Assembly (NCBI GenBank): GCA_038087875.1 | Contig: JAXLNO010000260.1 | Location: 310,001 to 366,918, forward strand | Direction: 5' to 3' | DNA from: Malacoraja senta | Lineage: Eukaryota | Length of the DNA stretch: 56,918 nt | Part shown: positions 1 through 10,149 of the stretch, piece by piece | Layout: each line of letters starts with the position of its first letter | Position numbering within the stretch: the first letter of the stretch is position 1 | Translations under genes and position numbers: made by a program | The notes under the pieces: generated by a model | What the model saw: only the letters and a program-made list of their open reading frames with translations | Database searches by the model: none | What the model was told of the DNA's origin: nothing

Positions 1-7
1 AAACAAA

Positions 8-131
8 ATTGCAGATGTTGGGTGTATGAAGTAAAAACAGAAAATGCTGTAAAATAAACTCAGCCGGCCAGGTACCATCAGTGGAAAGAGGAACACTTAA
101 TGTTTCAGGTTTGGAACCCTTCATCAGCACA
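8..131 (-). mobile_element. Penelope-like element terminus (pLTR) remnant with minimal hammerhead motif
   Basis: The reverse complement of 102-127 reads CTGATGA-AGGGTTCCAAACCT-GAAAC. The flanks resemble the other Penelope termini in the window (20556, 25074, 49000). Confidence 0.6.
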
Positions 132-459
132 GAGCAGGAGAAAAGCAAGTTAGTTCATGTACTGGAGAGGGAGAGTCAGAAAAATGGTCCCATTGTATGG
201 CTGTCATTCCTGTATGAATTATACCAGTTCTGCATCTAATTGTCTTCACAAAAGTTAGCTATTGCCTAGATTTTTGGAAGAAAATGTACATTGATTTGGA
301 TCTATTTCTGCAGTAGATTTTATTTAGAAAATAAATTTACAAGTAGTAGTTATGGTTTTCTAAACCATGAGAATAAAATTGCTCAATGCATACACCAACT
401 ATCTACCAAATTGAACCACAGAGATTGTATGCAACATCTATCTCTAGCCATTTATCCTT

Positions 460-775
460 GACATTTAGCCTGTTGGTGTGGGACTTCAGGCTTCTTTACT
501 CCATATCCGATGGTAGCAAAAAGAAGATGGAGTGGTCTGCATGGTGAGGATCCTTGATGATAGATGCCGCCTTCTTGAGGCAGCGCCTAATATAGATGTA
601 ATTGGGGAGGGTAGTGCCGATTGAGTTGAGCCAACCGGACTGAATCCGCCCACTCTCTGCAGCCTCTTGTGTTGGAATTGCCAGAACAAGCCATGATGCA
701 ATCAGTCAGGATACTTTCTACAATGCAATTGTAGAAGCTTCTTTGAAGTTTACTTAATGTTATATTTGATGACAA
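460..775 (-). mobile_element. Rex1/Babar LINE, 3' ORF fragment (decayed)
   Basis: ORF 587..775 contains FYNCIVESILTDCIMACSGN, similar to the Rex1 motif FYRCTIESILTGCITAWYGN. Confidence 0.7.
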
Positions 776-804
776 TTATCTTTAGTTGGTAAATCTATCA
801 TTGT

Positions 805-1590
805 CCTTTCCTGGACAATCTGGAAGGAGAATTTGCAGACATCTTTAATCTCTCCCTACTCCATTCTGAGGATCCCACCTCCTTTAAAAAGACCGCTATC
901 ATTTGGGTACCAAAGAAAAGCAATATATCATGCCTACTGTCTACTGCCTCTGACATTCATGGTCATGAGGTGATTCAAGAGGCTGGTCAATGTGAACATT
1001 AACTCCAGCCTTCCGGACAGCATAGATCCACTGTAGTTTGCTTACTGTCGCAACAGGTCCATGGCTGACGCCATCTCCCAAGCCCTACACTCAGCACTGG
1101 AAACTCCAGATTTCAAGGGCACCCTCGTCAGACTCCTATTTACCGGCTGTAGCTTCGCCTTCAATAACATAACCCATGCAAACTCATCTCCAAACTCCTG
1201 AACCTAGGAGTCAGCCACTGCCTCTGGATCCTTGACTTTATGACCCATAGATCATAAACAGTGAGGAAAGGTGGCAAAACGTTCTTCACAATAATTCCCA
1301 ATGCATGTGCCCCACAAGATTGCATTCTCGGTCCTATATTTGTTATGTACTCATGACTGTGCAGCTAAATTCCACTCTAGCTCCATTTGATAGTTTGCAG
1401 CTGACGCATTGTAGTGGACTGAGTCTGGAAAAATGAGTCCGAATATAAGAAGGAGAAAGAGAGCTTAGAATCTTGCCATCAAGACAACAACCTTTCCATT
1501 AATGTCAGCAAGACAGCGGTGTTAGTTATTGACGTCAGAAAGCGAGGTGAAGTTCATGTCCTAATCAGCATCAATGGAGATGGAGGAGAG
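805..1590 (+). mobile_element. Rex1/Babar LINE reverse transcriptase fragment (decayed)
   Basis: It translates to FADIFNLSLL..EDPTSFKKTAII.VPKK, SSFAFNNI and DNNLSINVSKT.VLVID, which are Rex1 RT motifs interrupted by stops and frameshifts. Confidence 0.75.
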
Positions 1591-2019
1591 CATGTTCCTA
1601 ACACCCAGACTAAGGTAGTTAGGTATTCTCCAATGGCAGATGCATTGAAGGAAGCACCAAATGCTATCACAGCTTACAGTAGTTTGGCAACAACTCTGCC
1701 CAAAATCGCAATAAATTGTACAGAGTCTTTCAGCAACATCACATTCTGATAAAAGAATAAAGCTAAAAGGAAGTAGTGATAAAACAACAACCATTCTGTA
1801 ATTAAGGTTATAAGTAATAACTGAGGCATTGATATGCATATTGATGCAGCCGTTTTAGTCAAATATAATTGGTAAGAAGAACTTAAAAAAATTAAAATTA
1901 TACTCTGCTTTGATCTTAATGTATTGGGTCAATTGCAATTAAGTTAAGATTGCAGAAGCAAAATCTATTGATTTTAGCATATGATTATCATAACAGACCA
2001 ACTTTGTTGGAAAAGGTTG

Positions 2020-2400
2020 GTTGACAGAGTTGGGGATATATTAGAGAAACACATTAAGTGTAAAAACTGAGAAATGTGAGATGTTGCATTTTGGGAAGTC
2101 TAACATGGGCAGGACCTACACAGTGAATGGTGGGGCTCTGGTGAGTGTTACAAAGCAGAATAACCTAGGAGTGTAGGCACATAGTTCCTTGAAGGTGGAG
2201 TCACGGGTGGGTAGGGTTGCCAAAAAGGTTTTTGGCACATTAACCTTTATCAGTTAGAGTATTGAGTAGATGATGGGAGTTCATGTTCCATTTATATAAG
2301 ACGTTGGTGAGGCCACATTTAGAGTAATGTGTTCAGTTCTGGGCACCATGTTATAGGAAAGTTGTTGTGAAACTGGATAGGGTTGCATAAAAGACGTTGC
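2020..2400 (+). mobile_element. CR1 LINE fragment (old)
   Basis: EKCEMLHFGKSN and YKTLVRPHLE.CVQFWAP motifs. Confidence 0.75.
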
Positions 2401-2429
2401 ACATCGCCAAACATCTCTCAGCCTAATGT

Positions 2430-3345
2430 TGACAAAGAAATGGACTATTACCACCCACAGAAGGTGATATGTATATATCAATCTACCCTATGGGATAAGA
2501 TTGGCACCAAAGATATTCTGAGGCATAATGAATAGGATGCTGCAGCATTGTTTTTGAAAGCAGGATGACATTCTAATTGCAATATTCACAAAGGCTGATC
2601 AATTCCCAAACCTAAAAGCTGTTTGGAAAATTGTATTGTCAGAATGCCAAGATTAAATACAATAAAAAGGGCATCATTCAGAAGGAAGTAATTCATTTAG
2701 GCCCGAGAGTTGATGAAAATGGGTTGTAGCCAGTAAAAGATAAAATCAAGGCCATCGCTGAAGTCAGGAAACTTGAAAATGTTTTGACCTCAGGTTGTTT
2801 TCAGGTATAATCTAATAATGCAACTGATTCCAACTCCATTTTGCTACAGCGTCAACACCACTTTATTGCTTATTAAAGAAAGTTGAACCATTATATTTGA
2901 ATAAACATCAAAGTCAATCACCTTTTATGCCAATACAATGAAAGCCTCAGCAATGGAACATTTTGATACAACATGAATTGTGTTATTGAACAAGCTTATG
3001 ATTCTACCAATTACAGCTTGGAGCAGTCATTGGTTATGTCATAGAGAATGAATTGTGAACACATTACGCAAATGGAACTAGTGTGAAAATAATGCACACA
3101 TCAAGATGCAAGCACCGTTGTTTATATTTGGAGTGGAAAGGTTTCTACAAATTTTTATTGGAAAAAATTGATACTTGTTACTGGCTTGAAACATCTGCTT
3201 GTAGTACTGCGTCTGAACTCTGCTATTTCCACAATGGCCACATGATGGATGCTGAAATGCAACTGTCCTATTACTATAATGCTAAGATTTGAGCATCAAA
3301 TCTTATTGCTCAAGTAGATGCCATGAAGAGATAACCCAAATGATA
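2430..3345 (+). pseudogene. Gypsy/Ty3 pol remnant (RT-RNase H), heavily decayed
   Basis: TITTHR...LPYGIRLAPKIF resembles TINTHKG..RLPFGIASAPAIF. AYDSTNYSLGAVI resembles the RNase H ACDAS.YGLGAVL motif, and there is a terminal VDAMKR.P (NADALSRLP-like). Confidence 0.6.
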
Positions 3346-3893
3346 AGACGTCATCAAAGACAGAGATTAAACATTTTATTATGGAGGTACTTCTGCAGTA
3401 ACTTGTGTTTCCATAGCTTGAATTGGAAATAATGCAAGAAATGAATTATTTGCATTATGCGGGCCAAACTGATTCTAATGTGATTTCAATCAGGAACAAG
3501 AGATCCACTTAAAAGTTACTTTGGAAAGTAAGAAGTCAAATAAAAAACGGAATTAGATTTAAATAGCATAGGTACAAAAACCTGTTTCTATGAAACTTCC
3601 TCACAGTAATTAGACACTATTGTCTCTTATGAAGACATTGCTACATTTTAACCATGGACCGCTATACAAATTGACATACAATTGCTTCTATTGATGTTTG
3701 CTGTAAACGAGAAAGAACATCACCAACGAAAAGACCTTTATTTTTTAAATCCTGCAGGAAAATTAACTCTGTAATTGTGTCCAAAACTCTCTAACCCCTT
3801 ACCTCCTTTATCCTATTGACACAATTGTCCTTATGGTTTTTAATAGCATCAGATTTCTAAGGAATGCAACTGTCACGATATAGCAGAACTAAA

Positions 3894-4439
3894 AGGCCTG
3901 TTTCACGAGTCTGCGGTCATTAGCGGCGAAACGGGAAGAATCTGCCGCCATAGACCGCGCACTCGTGAGAAAGTACAATTCCCGGGCCGTGCGGCGGAGT
4001 TCCCAACACCGCGCGGTCCTAAAATAAAATCGACAATGTCGAAAACCATATACTCACCGCACAACCTCCACCAGTGATGCACAAACCTCCACTGCCACAG
4101 CCTCTGCCAGTGAGGCACGTGCCGCCGCCAGTGAGGCACGTGTGCTGCACGGCCGCAGGCACAGCCACCGCTACAGCGCCGCGATCAGGATGGCCGCTGC
4201 CACAGCCGCCGCTGGTGAGTCACATGCGGCGGGCCGACGTCATCGCAGTCGGCCCGCCCTTTTTTTAACTTACCGCAAGCACGTGGGACCCGCCGTGTTT
4301 GAATTAACTCGGCCCCCGCGCAGCATCCGTGCGGCGCTCCGGTGGATAGGCTCGACGCTCTCGCCATTGCCGCACGGTCCTCGCTACCGGCGACGCCGCG
4401 CTTTACCGCCGATGACCGCAAACAGGTAAGACAGAGCCT
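3894..4439. mobile_element. Non-autonomous TIR DNA transposon, Harbinger-like, CpG-rich
   Basis: Imperfect TIRs: left AGGCCTGTTTCACGAGTCTGCGGTCATTAGCGGCGAAA; right (reverse complement) AGGCTCTGTCTTACCTGTTTGCGGTCATCGGCGGTAAA. TAA/AAA flanks. It is a sharp GC island in AT-rich DNA. Confidence 0.6.
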
Positions 4440-5045
4440 TAACTGTATGGGTGATAGGTCTATGCACTGGATGGAGCTAAAGTTACAAAAAATGTAACAA
4501 TTTTGGCCCAAATATATGAATGTATATTGAGTGGAAGGTGAATTTCATATCTTGGTTTGTTAAAAGACTTGAAGTCATTTCATTGCAGATGTTATCATAT
4601 AGGTCACCCTTTGTTCCGGAACCTTGCCATATTAGCCATTTTGCTGGACCAACAGAGGTCATGTAATAATGATACAACAATCCATCTCTAACCCACTGAT
4701 TATACCTCTCCTATCCCTAAAGCACCACGAACTAGCAGAAACTTAAATAAAACAAATATTAAATGTAAATTAACTTTACAACAAATCTTGCATGGGGAGC
4801 CCGGGTGGCGGTTAAGGAGTTGTCCTCAGATGTCCCGATGAGGGTTGCCCACGCGGCCGCTTTGCTGGTGGGACTACCGTGCCGAACCCCCGGACAAGAG
4901 ATTTTCCAAATCTTCCAAAAATATGGTAAGGCAGGTGCACCTGCTGCTCTCGCCTTCTGTCGCGGGCCTCTGGGAGAAGTCTAACAGTACCAGAATGGTC
5001 CACCTATGCCACCAGGAGGCAGAGATACTGCAAAGTTGGCCTCAG

Positions 5046-5330
5046 AAGCCAGCTATGGGAACAAATCAGTCAGCTCTGGCCAGGCAGAGTTCCACAGCCC
5101 CGGTTGCAGGGGGGAATTCAACCCACCAGTCAGCCACCAAAGTCGGCTATGGGAACAGATCCACCGGCTCCGACTGGGCTGGAGTTCCAGAGCCCTGGCC
5201 ACAGGGTGCAAATTTGACCCGCTGATCTGAAGTCTGGCCATGGAAGTCGGCTATGAGAATGGATTCTCCGGCTCTAGCCTGGCCGGAGTTCCAGAGCCTC
5301 GGCCATGCAAATCCAGATGAGGTTGATACC
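5046..5330. repeat. Three degenerate ~95-105 bp tandem units
   Basis: AAGYCRGCTATGRGAA...GAGTTCCASAGCC recurs at about 5046, 5139 and 5243. Confidence 0.6.
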
Positions 5331-5681
5331 AGCTACCTCACATGGCCTAGGTGCCACATTTCCAGGGGGGGTTTCAGTGCACTGTTGTAATTTTGTCCGG
5401 ATTAAAGAAGGTGTTGGACCACCAGTTGCCGGAATATCGGTGGTGGACCTGTATATACATCCTCCCTGGGTTGTAGCAAATGAGAACATAGAACAGTGAT
5501 CCTGAAATAAATGCAATGAGAAGAATTCATAACCTCAGTGAAACAATAGTGAGAATAGTAGAGTGTGCAACTCACTTAAAGCTGTCAAATATTAAAAATT
5601 TGGAAATATCTTAAATCAATTTTGTTTTTTTAAAGGGAAGTAATATGTTACATTAAAATTGTTAACCAATAATTATTATTG

Positions 5682-7371
5682 ATTTTTTTACCGCAAATAT
5701 TATACCTTTTTCAGACAATTCCGATATATTTGTCAAAAAACGTTTTTAAAAAATTGGACTCTATTGTTAATGATTTTATCTGGGATTATAAGAATCATAG
5801 GATAAACAAAAGACATTTGTGTAAATCAAAAATAAATGGAGGTTTGGTTTTACCCAACTTTCTGTTTTATTTTTGGGCAGTTAATATTAAAAATATGAAT
5901 TTCTGGTTGGAAGAAATAGAACAACAACCAGATTGGTTAAAAATGGAAAAGGAAGATTGTTTGCCTTTTGATATCGGTTCGATATTATTTGCTACATCTA
6001 AATTAAACAAAAAAATGTATAGGGAAAACCCTATAATATTTAGTGCCATACGAATTTGGAAACAATTAAAAAAGACATTAAAATTAGATAATTTATCACT
6101 TTTTCTCCCAATTGTGAATAACCCTTTGTTTGGACAGGGGTTTGGACAGGGGTTTTACACAATGGAAGAATTATGGAATTAAAAATATGGGACAACTTTA
6201 TAAGGAAGGCACTTTTCTGACATTTCAGGAGTTGCAACAGACTTATGGACTTCGAGGAAATGATTATTTCAGATATCTTCAACTCAGAGATTATGTAAAA
6301 TCGAATACTCAAAACTTTCGAATTAGAAATTCAGAAATTCTTGACGAATGTTGGAATAAACATCCTAATACAGAAAAATTAATATCTTATATATATAATA
6401 TCTTATTAGACAGTGACATTCCATCGACGGACTTACACAGACAAACATGGGAAAAAGAATTAAATCAAATAATAACGAAAGATACTTGGGAAGAAAGTTT
6501 ACAACATATACATCAATGTTCATTAAATGCCAGACATTCTTTAATACAATTTAAAGTAATACATAGATTACATTATTCAAAAACAAAATTACATAAAATC
6601 TTTCAACATATCTCACCTATATGTGATAAATGTCAACATTTAGAAGCTACCTTATCTCATATGTTTGCAAACTGTACAAAAATTAAAAAATTCTGGGTAA
6701 ATATTTTTAGTATAATATCTAAAGTGACCAGCACACAAGTGGACCCGGATCCAAAATTTATAATACTCGGAACATCAGAATTAAATCAAACATTTACAAC
6801 AACACAAAGAAACTTTATTGATTATAGTATAATAACAGGAAAAAAATTAATTCTAAAATTTTGGAAAGGCCCTACGGCCCCCACAATCAAAATGTGGATT
6901 ATAGAAATGACGGAGACCTTAAACGTGGAAAGAATCAGATTTTCCCTGTTGGACAAACAGGAATTATTCATTGGAATATGGTCTCCCTTTTGTTGATTAT
7001 TTAAATGGTCAGAATGGTTCAGCACGGGAACTTGACTAATGCTCGGGCTAAAAAATGGATGAAATGCTATATTCTGAAATGTACGAATATATCTCGAATG
7101 AAGTTTTTTATTTTAATAAATTTTTCCACTCTTCTTTAACTATCTTTCTCTTTTTTTTTGTTTTCTCTTTTTCTTCTCTCTCTTTTCTTTCTTTACTTCA
7201 TCTATCTTTTTAGTTCTATCTAGTTTAAAATTAAAAAAAAAAGGCAAAAGGTATTGGAGACAATGTAATAATAATTGATAATGTTATCAATTTAAAAATG
7301 TAAGACTGTAATGATGTTAATAGGTTATGTACTTATCTCCAATAAAAAATATTTTCAAAAAAAAAAAAAAA
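5682..7371 (+). mobile_element. 5'-truncated L1 LINE (ORF2 C-terminus, 3'UTR, polyA) with long TSD
   Basis: ORFs 5679..6182 and 6130..6996 (GGLVLPNF; CDKC..HMFANC Cys-rich domain). AATAAA at 7341, then an A-tail. TSD TTGTTAACCAATAATTATTATTG at 5659-5681 and 7372-7394, at a TT/AAAA site. Confidence 0.92.
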
Positions 7372-8567
7372 TTGTTAACCAATAATTATTATTGTAAGGA
7401 TGATACTTTTTATAGGATTATATCATGTGACTAACTGTTCTGGCTAGCACACTGTTCATAGAAATTTGCAGAGAGGCAGTCTTTGAGCTCTTCATGTTTG
7501 ACTGCAATTGGCTTTTGTCTGCAATTGGCTTTTGTTCAATTTTAAGAGTCCGTAGAGAATATAGCTTCCATGATGGTATTCAGTTTTTCTTTACAATTGG
7601 TTCTTTTGAGGCCAAAATCATGACATAAAATGTGTAAATAGGATTGCACGTTAACTGATTAGGCATGTGATGCGTAACCCAGAAAGCAGGAGTATTTGAC
7701 TGTGTATTGTAGAATAATTCTGACAAACTGTGAAGAATACTGACTACCAGTTATAGAAGCTGGCAGTTTTACATTCTGTTGAAAATTGGATGATTTCCAT
7801 GACTAACAGAAGATCCAGCCTGTTAGTTTCCCAATAGTGTAGACAAGGCAAAAAAAAACATCACCCTGTGGCATTCAATTGTGTACTCAATCATCACATG
7901 GGCAACAGCTGTGGAGTTCACCAGTAAAAAAAGAATCATTCATGAGCAACCAAATAGGCCATGGTCACCCTCAGTAAATTCTGCATAACCAGTAATTGCT
8001 TCCATTTTTTGACATCCTTATTTATTCTGAGATGGCAAAAACTTTGATTTTGCTAACGTAGTCCGACTGATTACCCCATACACCTCAACAAAAAGCTTGC
8101 CACAATGATTCTAATATTTAATGTCAATGTCAATGCCAATACCTTGCAACATGTCTGCAGTCAGCTTGAAGTATGTGCATGTAACCATTATGGAAATGGC
8201 ATATGCCAGAATTCTCAAATGTGGTTATGCCAGCTCCTTGCTACAAATTCAGCAAAGCAAACCAAGACATTCTCAAGCACAAGCTTTGCGTATCTCCCTG
8301 ATTGCCTCTCCTAGGTTTCTGAACTTCCTGTCACATGTGATGATGGATATATTAATTTCATTTTGTACTAACAAGAAAAATTACTTCCTGTAACATACAA
8401 TCATATGAACCCAGTGATAACATCTGCTGGAAAGTAATCTTAAGGCTCCGTTGGAATATGTTTTGAAAATGAAAAGGTCTTTAGCTCTTTAACCAAACCA
8501 GTAGGACACACAGCAGTCAAATTGATGGTCAAATGGCGCACATTTTAAAAATAGGCAACTATTCAAT

Positions 8568-8940
8568 ACCTTGGAGCGCAGGAGAATGAGGGGTGATCTT
8601 ATAGAGGTGTACAAAATCATGAGTGGAATAGATTGGGTAGATGCAGAGTCTCTTGCCCAGAGTAGGGGAATCTAGGACCAGAGGACATAGGAAGGTGAAG
8701 GGGTAACTTTTTTACACGAAGGGTGGTGGGTGTATGGAACAAGCTGCCAGATGTGGTAGTTGAGGCAGGGACTATCCCAACATTTAAGAAACAGTTAGAC
8801 AGGTACATGGAAAGGACACATTTGGAGGGATATTGACCAAGCGCAGTCAGGTGGGACTAGTAGCTGGGACACGTTGATCGGTGTGGACAAGTTGGGCTAA
8901 AGGCCCTGTTTCTACACTGTATTACTCTATGACTCTATGA
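8568..8940 (+). mobile_element. CR1 LINE 3' end
   Basis: LERRRMRGDLIEVYKIM motif and an (ACTCTATG)n tail. Confidence 0.85.
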
Positions 8941-9159
8941 CCTAGAAATTGAGCAGGCTATACTGTAGTAGACATCCCCACCCCCCAACACCATGGTTTA
9001 GTACCTTGGATAGTTTTTTCCAAAGAATATCGGAGATACAGATTTAATATGAACTAGACTAAGAGGGACCCGTTGGGTCCCATTCTCACACAGGAGGCCT
9101 GGTCTCCCAATGCAATATTCCACCACTCACCCAAAGCCCCCAACTGCGCAGGCGCAGCT

Positions 9160-9417
9160 TACTCATGGCTTTCTGGACTCACTTGCGTCTTTCTGGACTC
9201 AATCACGGCTTTCTGGACTCAATCACGGCTTTCTGGACTCACTCACAGCTTTCTGGACTCACTCACTCACTGACTCACAGCTTTCTGGACTAACTCACGG
9301 CTTTCTGGACACTCACTCACTGACTCACGGCTTTCTGAACACTCACTTATGGCTTTCTGGGCACACCCACTGAATCACGGCTTTCAGGACACTCACTCAC
9401 TGACACGGCTTTCTGGA
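9160..9417. repeat. (ACTC)n-ACGGCTTTCTGG minisatellite inside the Helitron
   Basis: About 10 units of ACTCACGGCTTTCTGG with variable ACTC spacers. Confidence 0.85.
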
Positions 9418-9910
9418 TGTAGCGGCAGATTTTTGAGAAATTAACACTAGCCGCTACATGGATGAGCATGGTTAAGGGGGGTGTCTTCGAAACGCATGCG
9501 AGTTCACTCACAGAGACCTTCAGAGCTTCTTCACAGATATGGCTTCAAAACACAGTCTTTTGATGAATAAATGCTTTATTGTTGATAGAAAACAGTAAGA
9601 TACATCCAAATTTCTTCCGACGTCACTGCAATTTTCATCGAACTCCAGCTTATTACTTTAAACATTAGAAAACTGCTCGTGTCTCCGTAACACTGGCATG
9701 ATCTCCTTTCGAACTCGCATGGTCGAAGGGTTAACCTTCTCCCTACTCGCTCCAAACTACACTAAAAACTAAACTTCTGCACAAGCATCTTAGCGCCAAA
9801 CTCGCCCAAAAACACATCATAAATCCCACTCACAATATAACGGGCAGTCTAAAATTTAAAGGCACATGCCATCATCAATGACATGCAAAACAGACCAAAT
9901 GGCCACTACA
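9418..9910 (-). repeat. 3' LTR of the BEL/Pao element
   Basis: Terminal IRs TGTAGCGGC...GCCACTACA. On the element strand it is preceded by the PPT-like CAATTAGGGGTCAGTA (9911-9926). AATAAA on the element strand at 9575-9580. Confidence 0.75.
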
Positions 9911-10026
9911 TACTGACCCCTAATTGTTCCGAGTTTATTACAAGGCAATTACTAATAAACATTTTAAAAAGTGGCCATAAAGGTTTAACATATATCAAAA
10001 GCAAAAGGTCAGGGACTAAAATCCTG

Positions 10027-10101
10027 TGGCTCCTCGTCGGGAAATTGAACCCCGGTCTTCCGCGTGACAAGCGGGAATACTAAACACTATACTAATGAGG
10101 A
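10027..10101 (-). tRNA. tRNA-Asp(GTC)-like sequence with encoded 3' CCA inside the BEL/Pao 3' UTR (probably mutated in this copy)
   Basis: The reverse complement is TCCTCATTAGTATAGTGTTTAGTATTCCCGCTTGTCACGCGGAAGACCGGGGTTCAATTTCCCGACGAGGAG+CCA: a 72-nt cloverleaf with anticodon GTC. There is one mismatch each in the acceptor and anticodon stems, and a TTTT run at 10018-10021. Confidence 0.88.
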
Positions 10102-10149
10102 AAGAATAGCATGCACTATATATCAGCAATCAGAATTCTTCATCGACAC

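Noticed and set aside
7400..8560. Possible decayed gene or transposase in unassigned DNA
   Set aside because: Only short ORFs and no motif I can support.
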